From an uncultured Aquimarina sp. (GTDB lineage Bacteria; Bacteroidota; Bacteroidia; Flavobacteriales; Flavobacteriaceae), in the NCBI GenBank assembly GCA_947503135.1, contig CANNCQ010000002.1, positions 8,643-72,642 of the forward strand: a DNA stretch of 64,000 bases, written 5' to 3'. Under the pieces are notes generated by a model that saw only the letters and a list, made by a program, of their open reading frames with translations, was not told the DNA's origin and made no database searches. The stretch's first letter is position 1. The number at the start of each line of letters is the position of its first letter. This document shows positions 50,082 to 61,063 of the stretch, piece after piece. The position numbers and the translations under genes are program-made.

Positions 50082-53000
50082 TTATCGTTTTAAAGTAATG
50101 TGGTCTTTTATTTCTTGACCATCAGGTAAACGAATTAAAATCCAATAATCATCACTAGGTAAAGGAGTACCATTGTATGTACCATCCCAACCAGCACTTC
50201 TAGAAGTTAAGGTTTTTAACAGCTTTCCATATCTATTATAAATATAAACCAATGTTTCAGGTATTGTTTCTACACCTTGAATGTGCCACAATTCTGTTTC
50301 TAAAGGACCATTTCCGTTAGGAGTAAATGCAGGGAAGTAATCTACAAATATTACATCAACAGATGCGGGATCACAACCATTTACATCAAATACGTATAAA
50401 GTAAACATACCTGGAAGTAAATCAGTAAAGGTGTTTGATTCTTGAGCATTAGAGATATTACTATCATTAAATCCATATAAGAAGTCACCTTCTTCTTCTA
50501 CATTAATAGTTACCTCATTTGCATCAAAATTTTTCAATATTATAGGTGTAATTACTGGACTAGTAGATTCTGAAACCCGTATTGTGGTGCTATTATTACA
50601 ATTGTTTAATGTACCTGGATCGGTGATAGTTAGTGTAATGTTTGTATTAATGTCATTAACACTTAGATTTATTGAATTTGTTGTTTCATTAGCCCTAATT
50701 GTGTTACCTAAATCATCTTTAAACTCCCATAAATAAGTAAATGACGAGTCAAAGTTACCAGCATTAATTAACCTATCAGGATCGTTTCTACAAAACACAA
50801 TATCTTCCAGTTCAATATTTGGTAAAGTGTTAATTGTTATATTAATAGGCGCTATTGTAGTACATCTTGCACTTACTTGCTGCACTTTAACATAATAAGT
50901 ACCTGTAGTTATAAGTTCTCCGAAAGGAATAATAATACTGCTTTCCGCATCTTCTTTGCTAAAATGATAACTTATATCAAAGTCACTAGTAGTAGGTTCT
51001 TGAGAATCTAAAATTGTAGTATTTAAGGAAGAGAAATCAAAAGCAAAGTTACCGTCGTTTACTTCATCTTCATCACAAGCAGATAATGTAAGGTTTGGTA
51101 TGGTTGGAAGAGGTATCTCGGTTAAATTTATTGAAGCAATAGTCTCACACATTATTTCATTAGATTCACCAGAATTAAATGTTTTGATAGCCTTAACGAA
51201 AAGAGTGTTTTGTAGCATATCGGTTTCAATGTTATCAAAAGCATCTTGTTCACTTAAATGATAAGTAATTACTACGTTGGTCCTATCAGCAACTAAAAGA
51301 CTGTTTAATCGTTCTCTTCTGGTAATCCCACCTATTTCAGTATTTAAATTTTCATCTCTGCAATATTCTTGAGTTGCAGAAGTGTTTATTTCAGGTTGCC
51401 TGTTTACAACAACTTCAAAAGGTACGATTTTAGGAGGACAACCATTAGGGTTGGTGTTATTAGTTATTTTGGCCACGTAGTTATTTGAAGATAACGGATT
51501 GCTAATAGTATTTACATTGGAATTATTGGCTTCAATTTCAGTATTATGAAAAGTAACGTCAAAATTATTGGGGTTACCTTCATTTTGTAGAATAGTTGAA
51601 GATAAATCGTCAAAGTCAATTACTGTAGTGTTATCTGCACTACAAACCTCTATTGGAGCAGGATTAGTAGTATTTGCTTGCCTTGTAATAGTTAAAACAA
51701 AATCTACTGAGTTCGAACATAATAAACTATCTCTATTATCTGTAATTTCAGCAGTGTAAGTAGTTCCGTCTACGAGAGTTGATGTTACTGTAATTTCATT
51801 TCTTATAGGTATTACAGTGTCAAAATACCTAATTGTGAAATTAGCAGCAGTTCGTCCGTTTAAAATTTCAACATCAAATCGAGATAAGTCAGATATTATC
51901 TCACCATCACTGTCATCATCACAAATTATACGACTTAATGGGGCTGGAGCTGTAATACTCGGAAGTTGTTTGTGCTCTATACTGAATGCTTTAAAAGAAC
52001 TACAACTAGTATCAGTATTGGTGATTTCTACAAAAAGATTTAGATCAGAAGTGTCTAATAATAACCCGTTGGTAATTAAATTTGCAGGAACAGGCTCTGT
52101 AGCCCCATTATCTTGAGTGTAAAAAGCACTAGTAAAATTGGTTAATGAAGAATCAACTACTATTTGGGTACTAGGATCTGTTCCAATTAGTGAGCTTAAG
52201 TCAACATCAAAACGGCCAGTTCCAAAAGTGTTTTCACAAACCTGAATAGGACTAGCAGGGCTTGTGAATTGAGGTAATAAACTTACGGTAAATGAAAATG
52301 TTACAGTGTTGAAACATGCAGTGGTGTTATTGGTAACTTTTGCAACATATTGTTGAGATGTAGCTTCTGTTGGAATAGGTGTAAGATTATTGATATCATT
52401 TCTTGCATCAGTTATATTGTTGTAATAAGTAACAGTGAAATTAGTTGCAGGTTGACCAGCCAAAATACTATCTTTTAATTCAGAGGGTATATTAGGATCA
52501 GCTCCAAAATTAAAAGCAACAGTACCATCTTGATTAGTGTCAATATCACAGATCGAAAGTAACGCTGGATTTGGAGCTGCAGCTATTGGTTGTGGTTCTA
52601 AACGAATAGTAAAGTTAACGCTGTTTTCACAGTTTGGAGGAGTTCTATTATCTGTTAAAGTAGCAGTAATTATTTCGTCGTCAGCTATACTAACCGCTCC
52701 TGTAAGTTCTGTTCCATCAGCATTAAAATAAGCAATATTAAAATCAGTAAAACTCCTTTCATTTGTAGGAGCAGTTCCTTCGGGATTCAAAATTTGATCA
52801 TTAAATAATGATAAGTCATACATTGTAGCACCATCGTTTGGGTTCCCGTCTTCATCACAAATAATGGTGTTTAAAGGAGTAGTAATCGCAGGTAATGTTT
52901 TTGGGGCAATACTTACAATTTTAGACGAGGTACATAAAGTTCTTGTATTTGTTAACACAACAAATATTTCACTTGCAGTAATATCATCATCATTAGCATC

Positions 53001-56000
53001 TGTAATTAAATTATCTAAATCAGGTTGCTGTTCATTGGAGTTTCTAAAGAAATAAGTAAACTCAAGAAAACTAATGTCATTTGTGTTATCTATAGTTTCT
53101 TGCGCGATAACTTCAGGAACTTGAAAAATATTTTCCAAAGCAACTAATGTATTATCAAACTGATTACTTCCAAAAGAATCTTCACAAATAGTTATTGGAT
53201 TTACGGGAATATTAAAGTCAGGAATTGGATCGACTGTTAAGGTTACAGAAGCTTGGAAGAAGCAACCTTGATCATTCACTAATTCTATAAATATAACTTC
53301 TGTTGTATTATTAACTACATAGTTACTAGTAGTGTTAGTTCCAGCAGTTCCATTATCAGGAATTCTATTCACAAATCTAGCTTGATTTTTAGGAACATTC
53401 TGTTCTACTTCGTTGTCTTGAAAAAATAAAATATTAACATTATCTCTAATGATTTGATTGTTATTAACTCTAGGGTCAGCAAAAACTATTTGGGGACTAT
53501 TAATTGTTAATAATGATAATAAATCAAATGTTTCCGAACCAGCAGGTAAATTAATATCACAAACAGAAATTGATATATTATCACTTGCTAATGCGGGTTT
53601 GAAAAGCGTATTTAGTTCAATTGGATTAGGTCTTTCTACACAGCCAACGCTGCTTACCACTCTTGGGAATATTTGCTCGTCAAAACTTGATGTAATGTAA
53701 CTCAGTATAGGGTTATTAGATTCATCAAAATCAGGTTCTCCTAATGGGTTTATGTTATTTATAGCATCATTATCACTTATATGGAAAGTAATATCAAATG
53801 ATTCATTTTGAGTATTAAACAACTCAGCTATTTCTGTTAAGTTAAACTTACTTCCCGTACCAGAAATATTATCTTCATCACACTGCGGTATTCTATTAGG
53901 GACTGTATTAAATTCTGTTTCCAATTCGACTCGAAGTGTTAATTCACCAATTTCACTTGCACAACTTGGATTGGCTGCGTTTTCAAGACGGTAAAATATA
54001 ATTTGTTGATTTGCAGTAGTGTTTCTGTAAGCTGAAGGATCAGCTATTTCAATACCCTGTTGTTCAGCTTCTACTCTATCCTCATAATATTTTATAACCA
54101 AGCCTGTTTGAATATTTCCATTTGGATTGTTGTCACTTTGTAAATTTAATAATGAATTACTCTGTAAGGATAAGTCAAAGTCAGAAAATCGATTATCAAG
54201 ATCACTTGTTGTGTTTGGGTCAATACATTCGACAACTTCTTGTAATCCAATTCTTAAATCAGGTTGTTCATTAATTATAAGTCGTTGTTCAGCAAAAGAG
54301 ACACACTCAGTAATTTCATTTTCCACACGATACCAAACGGAAGTTAAGCCATTAAATATTGGATCTAGTATATCGAAATTTGTTGTTTGTTCTGTTGTTA
54401 ATGCATTTACATTGTTTCTAGCATCAGCTTCCGAAACAAAATACGTGGCCGTAAATTCTGGATCAGTAAATAGAAGTAATTGATTTTGAGTAATATCAAT
54501 TTCAAAAGTAGGTGGATTTGTAGTGATAGTATTCTCATCATAGCAAACAATTAAAGGGTTGTTTGATATATCATTTAATAATGGAGCTCTGTTAATTCTG
54601 TATGTAATTGATTGTATCACTGAACATTGACCAGAATTTGAAGATGCTTTTATAAAAACCAGATTATCTTCATCTTGTCTGAAAGAACTTTCAAAATCAG
54701 GGTCATTTTCTAGAGTAACTATACTATCTAGGGGGCAAGTTGCTCTTGCTTTATCTTCGGTTAAAAAGTAACTTAACGAAACATTTACATTCGAATTAAA
54801 TTCATCAATAAAAAGAGTATTATTTGTTATCTCAGTAATTAAATCTGTAGCAGATATAATTCCGTCGGTACTATTTTTAAAAATAGAGTCGTTTTCGTTA
54901 TCATCTTCTACATCACATATCTGTAAAACATCAGTTGGTAGTGTAAGTTCAATGGCAGGTTCAACGATCAAATTAATTGGTTCTATATCAAAACAGCCAA
55001 AGTTTTCATTAGGTTCAGTTATGGTGTTTACTGTACGTGTAGGGTTTTGATCTAAGATCCTTACAAATATTTCTTCCGCAGGCATTTCAGGATCATCAGG
55101 ATTTCTATTAGTGAAGGGAGATGAAGTATTAATTAATCTACTTTGATCTTGATTTATAGCACCATCTCTTGTAGTGTATAGTTCTATAGTATATTGAAGC
55201 TCATTAGTTTCTCCAAGTAAATATTCCTCAATTGTAATGGTCGATGGTGATTCGCATTGGTTTGGATTAATTATATTTTGGAAATCAAAAACCCCAATAT
55301 TATCATCAGAAAAATCCATTATACTAGGGATGGTGTTATCACCAATAGGATTTGTACCCAAATTATCACATATTGAAAGTGAAAAGCCTCTAAAAAAAGG
55401 ATTGTTAGTGGTGTTTTGTTCAATATTAGTAATTATATAACGTGGTCGAAGTTGAAAACTTCCTAGTATAGCTGGTCTACTTATAATACTACCGTCGGTA
55501 TTACAAACAACTTGATTTTCAATACGAAAACCTATATTTTGGATATTGTTTGTTGTAAAGTTCGGATCATTTACATAATTAGTTGGAGGATCTATATTTA
55601 AGGATGAATCGTTAGGATTCCAAAGGGCAATTATTGTATCATCATCAATGTTTCCGGTATTGCAGTTAGCTAACTGTGCAGAAGCATGAAATGAAACTCT
55701 TCTAGAAATATTGTTACCAGTATTTACTAATCGATTAAAATTATCGGTTAAGTCAAAACTAGCAAAACCATCCAAATTATCAGGAGCGCTATCTGTACCA
55801 GGTAATACGCCATCATCACATGCTTCTATATTTCTAAGAGGTGTATTTGGTAGTTCCCCCTCAGGGATAGCAATTTCAATATTGACATCAACTTCACTTT
55901 CACAACCTGTATTTACATCAGTCAAAACCGCCCTAATGGAAATAGATTCACTAGCAAAAGATGATGTTGCTATTTCATTACCCCTGGTGCCATCGTCATT

Positions 56001-57599
56001 GATTCTAAAATAGGATAAGGTTGCATCTGTATTAGGAGGTAAATTTTCGAAAAAATAATTAGTAACACTTTGAATGGGTTCATTATCAATGGAGCAGAAA
56101 GCGGTTGAGTTATCAAAAAGTTGATATCCTTCAAAACCATCTTCATTGGCTCTATCAACAACATAATAAGGACAATCGGTAATTGTTGATAAATTAAAAC
56201 CTGTAGCTATTGAAATGTTTACAGGTGTTATAAAATCACATCCCTGTTCCGTGTATCTAGCAAATATAGTATCGTTATTTGCAGCATTAAAAGTACCCGT
56301 TAATTGATTAGAGTTATTTTCAGCATCATTAAGAGTAGGATGGTATGAAATAGCCTGAGTTGTAGCAATATTATTATTAATATCAGAAAGAGTTATGGTA
56401 CTAGTTAAGGGATTTCCAGAGGGAACACATATTTGAAATGTTGTATCTGCTAAATTGATATTTGAGCTTAATGTTATTAAAAATTCTTCTGAAATAGTAC
56501 AAGAAGTACTACCATTTAAAGAAACATCGAGTCTGTACAGTGTGTTTTCTTCTTGTTGATTTATATTTAAAGAATTTAAATTTCCACCCGGAATTGCAGA
56601 GTTACTTCTAAACCACTGTAAGGTAGTTCCTGTAGGGAAATTTGTGTCATCAACATTTAGGGTTAAGCTACTACTACAAGTAGAAAATGTTTCTATTCGG
56701 TCAGAATTATTAGATTGAACTGAGCTACTTCCACTAGCGTTAGCAGTTATATTTATTGGTTGGAGATTATCATTAAATTGTTCGATAAAAACAGCTGAGT
56801 CTCTTGAGAAATCACTGTCATCACCAATCAATATTCGCACTTCATATTCTTGTCCAACCTCAAAAGCATTATTTGCAGTTTGAAGCGGTATGGTTCTTCT
56901 TGCATATTCAGGAAATCGATTAGTTTCCCCAGATCTTACATCAGCAAGTAACGTTTCGTTTTCACTGGGACAGAGCTCTATGTTGTTGCTGTCAGAAAAA
57001 CTAGGCCTAATGTTATTTACGTTAATAGGAGCATTATCAGGTAAAGTAGCAATATTGGTAAAAGAGTCGTTAGTTCCGGATTTTCTAATTAAAAACAAAA
57101 AACCATCTCTATTAGAGCATCCACTAGCTCCATTACTATTTGAATATTCATCAGAAGCAAATATGTAATTAAATCTAGTGTTATTAGTTCTGGGTGTAAA
57201 CAAGAAACTAAGTTCAGTAGGGTTTGTAATAGGATATCCGAAATCATCATTATTTCCTTGATTATTGTCGTCCCATCCGTTATCGTCACCTTCTCCAAAA
57301 CCACCGGGGTTATTTTGCGCAGCGTTTATTGAACCTGTAGATAAAATTAAACCAGCTTCTAAAGGAAAATCAGATGTGCCACTGGTAAACATACCGATGC
57401 TGTTTATGTTAGCAGTTGATCCGTTTAAAGGCGATGAAGGAGGAGTTGTGCCGTTATCAATACAATTGCTATTTTCAAATAGAAAGTCTTCAACAAGTTC
57501 TTGTGGAGACATATTGCCGTTTACCATAAAACTTTGTGCAAAAGTTTCAAAAGCAATTAAACCAATAATGAGTGTAGCTAAAAGATATTTTTTTTTCAT
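50082..57599 (-). CDS. 2505-aa T9SS-secreted surface protein: signal peptide, choice-of-anchor-L-like N-domain, many Cys-paired Ig-like repeats, type-B CTD
   Basis: N-domain GLILSTG, FNYIFASDEY and DSAVFIE; repeated (Y/F)(H/F)xSxxDAxN motifs; C-terminus FTPNGNG..YIYNRYGKLL..GWDGTYNG..LPSDDYW..HITLKR. Confidence 0.88.
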   Translation of the reverse strand: MKKKYLLATLIIGLIAFETFAQSFMVNGNMSPQELVEDFLFENSNCIDNGTTPPSSPLNGSTANINSIGMFTSGTSDFPLEAGLILSTGSINAAQNNPGGFGEGDDNGWDDNNQGNNDDFGYPITNPTELSFLFTPRTNNTRFNYIFASDEYSNSNGASGCSNRDGFLFLIRKSGTNDSFTNIATLPDNAPINVNNIRPSFSDSNNIELCPSENETLLADVRSGETNRFPEYARRTIPLQTANNAFEVGQEYEVRILIGDDSDFSRDSAVFIEQFNDNLQPINITANASGSSSVQSNNSDRIETFSTCSSSLTLNVDDTNFPTGTTLQWFRSNSAIPGGNLNSLNINQQEENTLYRLDVSLNGSTSCTISEEFLITLSSNINLADTTFQICVPSGNPLTSTITLSDINNNIATTQAISYHPTLNDAENNSNQLTGTFNAANNDTIFARYTEQGCDFITPVNISIATGFNLSTITDCPYYVVDRANEDGFEGYQLFDNSTAFCSIDNEPIQSVTNYFFENLPPNTDATLSYFRINDDGTRGNEIATSSFASESISIRAVLTDVNTGCESEVDVNIEIAIPEGELPNTPLRNIEACDDGVLPGTDSAPDNLDGFASFDLTDNFNRLVNTGNNISRRVSFHASAQLANCNTGNIDDDTIIALWNPNDSSLNIDPPTNYVNDPNFTTNNIQNIGFRIENQVVCNTDGSIISRPAILGSFQLRPRYIITNIEQNTTNNPFFRGFSLSICDNLGTNPIGDNTIPSIMDFSDDNIGVFDFQNIINPNQCESPSTITIEEYLLGETNELQYTIELYTTRDGAINQDQSRLINTSSPFTNRNPDDPEMPAEEIFVRILDQNPTRTVNTITEPNENFGCFDIEPINLIVEPAIELTLPTDVLQICDVEDDNENDSIFKNSTDGIISATDLITEITNNTLFIDEFNSNVNVSLSYFLTEDKARATCPLDSIVTLENDPDFESSFRQDEDNLVFIKASSNSGQCSVIQSITYRINRAPLLNDISNNPLIVCYDENTITTNPPTFEIDITQNQLLLFTDPEFTATYFVSEADARNNVNALTTEQTTNFDILDPIFNGLTSVWYRVENEITECVSFAEQRLIINEQPDLRIGLQEVVECIDPNTTSDLDNRFSDFDLSLQSNSLLNLQSDNNPNGNIQTGLVIKYYEDRVEAEQQGIEIADPSAYRNTTANQQIIFYRLENAANPSCASEIGELTLRVELETEFNTVPNRIPQCDEDNISGTGSKFNLTEIAELFNTQNESFDITFHISDNDAINNINPLGEPDFDESNNPILSYITSSFDEQIFPRVVSSVGCVERPNPIELNTLFKPALASDNISISVCDINLPAGSETFDLLSLLTINSPQIVFADPRVNNNQIIRDNVNILFFQDNEVEQNVPKNQARFVNRIPDNGTAGTNTTSNYVVNNTTEVIFIELVNDQGCFFQASVTLTVDPIPDFNIPVNPITICEDSFGSNQFDNTLVALENIFQVPEVIAQETIDNTNDISFLEFTYFFRNSNEQQPDLDNLITDANDDDITASEIFVVLTNTRTLCTSSKIVSIAPKTLPAITTPLNTIICDEDGNPNDGATMYDLSLFNDQILNPEGTAPTNERSFTDFNIAYFNADGTELTGAVSIADDEIITATLTDNRTPPNCENSVNFTIRLEPQPIAAAPNPALLSICDIDTNQDGTVAFNFGADPNIPSELKDSILAGQPATNFTVTYYNNITDARNDINNLTPIPTEATSQQYVAKVTNNTTACFNTVTFSFTVSLLPQFTSPASPIQVCENTFGTGRFDVDLSSLIGTDPSTQIVVDSSLTNFTSAFYTQDNGATEPVPANLITNGLLLDTSDLNLFVEITNTDTSCSSFKAFSIEHKQLPSITAPAPLSRIICDDDSDGEIISDLSRFDVEILNGRTAANFTIRYFDTVIPIRNEITVTSTLVDGTTYTAEITDNRDSLLCSNSVDFVLTITRQANTTNPAPIEVCSADNTTVIDFDDLSSTILQNEGNPNNFDVTFHNTEIEANNSNVNTISNPLSSNNYVAKITNNTNPNGCPPKIVPFEVVVNRQPEINTSATQEYCRDENLNTEIGGITRRERLNSLLVADRTNVVITYHLSEQDAFDNIETDMLQNTLFVKAIKTFNSGESNEIMCETIASINLTEIPLPTIPNLTLSACDEDEVNDGNFAFDFSSLNTTILDSQEPTTSDFDISYHFSKEDAESSIIIPFGELITTGTYYVKVQQVSARCTTIAPINITINTLPNIELEDIVFCRNDPDRLINAGNFDSSFTYLWEFKDDLGNTIRANETTNSINLSVNDINTNITLTITDPGTLNNCNNSTTIRVSESTSPVITPIILKNFDANEVTINVEEEGDFLYGFNDSNISNAQESNTFTDLLPGMFTLYVFDVNGCDPASVDVIFVDYFPAFTPNGNGPLETELWHIQGVETIPETLVYIYNRYGKLLKTLTSRSAGWDGTYNGTPLPSDDYWILIRLPDGQEIKDHITLKR

Positions 57600-57629
57600 A
57601 CTGCAAAAATTATGGAGCTAATATTCAAC

Positions 57630-57677
57630 AAAAAAAGTCCAATTATTTGGGTACTAAAGTACTAAAATAATTGGACT
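57630..57677 (-). terminator. Intrinsic terminator after valS
   Basis: agtccaattattt...aaataattggact stem with a U tract on the minus strand. Confidence 0.8.
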
Positions 57678-57715
57678 AAATATGTGATTTAATAGATTAT
57701 AAGCTAGATGATGGC

Positions 57716-60355
57716 TTATGATAGTTTTAGAATACTCGATTTTAAAGTTTCAATTTTAGCCTCGGCATCAGCCACTTTTTTACGTTCATTAGCAACTACC
57801 TGTTCGGGGGCATTAGCTACAAAACGTTCATTACTTAGTTTTTTTGAAATACTTTTTAGGAAACCTTCAGTATAGGTTAGTTCTTCATTAAGTTTTGATA
57901 GCTCTTCCTCAATATTAATAGCACCTTTTAAAGGAACGAAATATTCATTGGATTTTAACCTAAATGACTGTGCACTTTCTGGTGTGGTTGAAGTGTATAT
58001 TAAATTATTTATATTACCTAGTTTAGAAATAATACCATCGAAATCGGAAGTGGTTTTTTCGTTATTTATAACATGTAGTTCAATCGTATCTTTAAAAGAA
58101 ATGTTCTTTTCTTTTCGAATTGTTCGTATTCCAGAAACAACATCAGCAGCGATTTCAAACTGATTCAATAAAGTTTGATCAAAATCACTAATTTTAGGAT
58201 AAGTATTGATTATCAATGCGTCTTTTGGAGTTCTAGTTGAAATTTTTTGCCATATTTCTTCCGATGCAAATGGTATAAAAGGATGTAAAATTCTTAAGTT
58301 ATCCTCTAATAAATTTATAATGCTATTAAAAGTTGTAATGTCCATTGAATCACCATAAGTAGGCTTAACAATTTCCAGTAACCAGCCACAAAAATCATCG
58401 TAAATCAATTTATATATTGACATTAACGAATCACTTAATCGGTATTTTTCAAAATTACTATCTACAAATTGTAAAACACTCTGAAATTTAGCCGTGTACC
58501 ATTCAATTGCTTTGGCAGCAGCTTGAGGCTGCTCTTTTTCGATTGCATTTTCTTCCCAACCTTTTATAAGTCTGAAGGCATTCCATATTTTGTTAACGAA
58601 ACCTTTTCCTTGTTGGCATAAATCTTCGTCAAACATTAAATCGTTACCTGCTGCAGAGCTTAATAAAAGCCCAACTCGCACACCATCGGCTCCGTAATTT
58701 TCAATTAGTTTTAAAGCATCAGGTGAATTTCCTAACGATTTGGACATTTTACGGCGTTGTTTGTCTCTAACTAATCCGGTTAGATATACATTTTTGAAAG
58801 GCGGTTTTTCAGTGTATTCATAACCTGCAATTATCATACGTGCCACCCAAAAGAATAAAATATCAGGTCCTGTAACTAAATCTTGAGTAGGGTAGTAGTA
58901 GTTAAATTCTTTATTTTCTGGGTCACTAACTCCATTAAATACACTCATTGGCCATAGCCAAGAAGAAAACCAGGTGTCTAAAGCGTCATTATCTTGTTTT
59001 AAATCTGAAATTTCTAAATTAGGATTACCCGATTTTTCTTTAGCCAACAATAATGCCGCTTCTATACTTTCAGCAACAACAAAATCTTGTTTGTTATCTC
59101 CATAGTAAAATGCAGGTATTTGATGTCCCCACCATAATTGGCGAGAAATATTCCAATCACGGATATTTTCCATCCAATGTCTGTACGTGTTTTCGAATTT
59201 TTTAGGATGAAGATTTATGGGGCCATCTTCGCTTAAAACAGCTTTTATAGCCGGTTTAACTAAATCTTCCATTTTTAAAAACCATTGATCCGAAAGTTTA
59301 GGTTCGATAATAGCTTTGGTACGTTCGGAGGTTCCTACTTTGTTGGTGTGATCTTCTGTTTTTATAAGAATTCCTTTTTCTTCTAATTCTTTAGCAAAGT
59401 TTTTACGTACAACAAATCTATCTTGACCTTCATAATGTAAGCCATAGCTATTCAAAGAGGCATCATCATTAAAAATATCAATTACTTCTAGTTGATGTTT
59501 ATCTCCTAAAACCTTATCATTTTCATCGTGAGCCGGAGTAACTTTTAAACAACCTGTACCAAATTCAAGATCTACATACTCATCTTCTATAATAGGTATC
59601 ACGCGATTTACAATAGGAACAATCGCCTTTTTTCCTTTTAAATGACTAAAACGCTCATCATTAGGGTTAATACAAATAGCAGTATCTCCAAAAATAGTTT
59701 CAGGTCTTGTGGTTGCTACAGTTAAAAATTCCTCAGATCCTTCTATTTTATAATTTATATAATACAGTTTTCCTTGTTTTTCAACGTGAATAACTTCTTC
59801 ATCAGATAAAGTAGTTTTTGCTTCAGGATCCCAGTTTACCATGCGGTAACCACGGTATATTAAGCCTTTGTTGTAAAGATCAACAAACGATTTTATTACT
59901 TGTGGAGATAATTCTTCATCTAGAGTAAATTTAGTACGTTCCCAATCACAAGAGGCTCCTAATTTTTTTAATTGCTCTAAAATAACTCCACCGTACTCAT
60001 CAGTCCAATCATAGGCATGCTTTAAAAATTCTTCACGGGTTAAATCATTTTTAGAAATTCCTTGCTCTTTTAAGCGTGCCACTACTTTAGCTTCGGTAGC
60101 AATAGAAGCATGATCGGTTCCAGGTACCCAACAAGCGTTAAACCCTCGTAGTCGTGCCCTTCTAATTAATACATCTTGAATAGTATTATTTAGCATATGC
60201 CCCATATGTAGTACACCAGTAACGTTGGGAGGAGGTATAACTATAGTGTAAGGCTCTCTGTCATCAACCTCTGAATGAAAAAAATTATGTTTCATCCAAT
60301 AGTCGTACCATTTTTTTTCTACTAATTGGGAGTTATATTTTGAAGCTATTGCCAT
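57716..60355 (-). CDS. valS: Valine--tRNA ligase
   Basis: PPPNVTGVLHMGH, DWNISRQLWWGH, LDTWFSS, KMSKS and C-terminal coiled coil; TACTTTTG at 60389-60382. Confidence 0.96.
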   Translation of the reverse strand: MAIASKYNSQLVEKKWYDYWMKHNFFHSEVDDREPYTIVIPPPNVTGVLHMGHMLNNTIQDVLIRRARLRGFNACWVPGTDHASIATEAKVVARLKEQGISKNDLTREEFLKHAYDWTDEYGGVILEQLKKLGASCDWERTKFTLDEELSPQVIKSFVDLYNKGLIYRGYRMVNWDPEAKTTLSDEEVIHVEKQGKLYYINYKIEGSEEFLTVATTRPETIFGDTAICINPNDERFSHLKGKKAIVPIVNRVIPIIEDEYVDLEFGTGCLKVTPAHDENDKVLGDKHQLEVIDIFNDDASLNSYGLHYEGQDRFVVRKNFAKELEEKGILIKTEDHTNKVGTSERTKAIIEPKLSDQWFLKMEDLVKPAIKAVLSEDGPINLHPKKFENTYRHWMENIRDWNISRQLWWGHQIPAFYYGDNKQDFVVAESIEAALLLAKEKSGNPNLEISDLKQDNDALDTWFSSWLWPMSVFNGVSDPENKEFNYYYPTQDLVTGPDILFFWVARMIIAGYEYTEKPPFKNVYLTGLVRDKQRRKMSKSLGNSPDALKLIENYGADGVRVGLLLSSAAGNDLMFDEDLCQQGKGFVNKIWNAFRLIKGWEENAIEKEQPQAAAKAIEWYTAKFQSVLQFVDSNFEKYRLSDSLMSIYKLIYDDFCGWLLEIVKPTYGDSMDITTFNSIINLLEDNLRILHPFIPFASEEIWQKISTRTPKDALIINTYPKISDFDQTLLNQFEIAADVVSGIRTIRKEKNISFKDTIELHVINNEKTTSDFDGIISKLGNINNLIYTSTTPESAQSFRLKSNEYFVPLKGAINIEEELSKLNEELTYTEGFLKSISKKLSNERFVANAPEQVVANERKKVADAEAKIETLKSSILKLS

Positions 60356-60478
60356 TTTGGTCTGATTTTTGAAATAGATAACAAAAGTAAATATATATAT
60401 GTGAACTTGAAAGCTTTTAAATGCTTTGAGTGCTACTAAAAAATTAATTACATTTACACTATAATAAATTTCATAAAT

Positions 60479-60904
60479 ATGAAGAAACTAACAATTTTAT
60501 TATTCTCAGCTTTACTTGGTTTTACTGTAACTGCACAAGAAACGGAAAGTACTAATAAGGAAGAGTCTACAGCGCAAGAAACTGGAGCTAAAATTGAATT
60601 TAAGGAAGAAACAATTGACTACGGAACTATTGAAAAAGGTGCCGATGGAATACGTAAGTTTGAATTCACGAATACAGGTGACGAGCCATTAATAATTTCA
60701 AGAGTATATTCTACTTGCGGATGTACGGTTCCAAAAAAGCCAGAAAACCCTATTGCTCCTGGAGAAACAGGAGAAATAGAAGTAAAGTACGATACCAAAA
60801 GAGTTGGTCCTATACGTAAAACAATTACAGTATATAGCACGGCAAGCCCAATACCATACCCACTGAAAATTAAAGGGACTATTGTACCGAAAAAAGCTCA
60901 GTAG
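60479..60904 (+). CDS. DUF1573 domain secreted protein
   Basis: Signal peptide; FEFTNTGDEPLII..STCGCTVP..PIAPGETGEI. Confidence 0.85.
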   Translation: MKKLTILLFSALLGFTVTAQETESTNKEESTAQETGAKIEFKEETIDYGTIEKGADGIRKFEFTNTGDEPLIISRVYSTCGCTVPKKPENPIAPGETGEIEVKYDTKRVGPIRKTITVYSTASPIPYPLKIKGTIVPKKAQ

Positions 60905-60915
60905 TTTATAGACCA

Positions 60916-60965
60916 TAAAAACAAGAAAACCTGTAAAATTTATTTTACAGGTTTTCTTGTTTTTA
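60916..60965. terminator. Bidirectional terminator, perfect 24-bp inverted repeat
   Basis: taaaaacaagaaaacctgtaaaat-tt-attttacaggttttcttgttttta between convergent genes. Confidence 0.85.
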
Positions 60966-61063
60966 ACCAGTATTAGTTTTTGTACCTATGACTTGAATGC
61001 AGGGTTTAATAAAAATACCTAAACATGCTAAAATAGAAGTGATATTATAAAGTGCTTCTTTGG

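Noticed and set aside
51568..57621. Many plus-strand ORFs of 60-120 aa inside the giant gene
   Set aside because: Antisense shadows of a low-complexity coding strand; no recognisable motifs.
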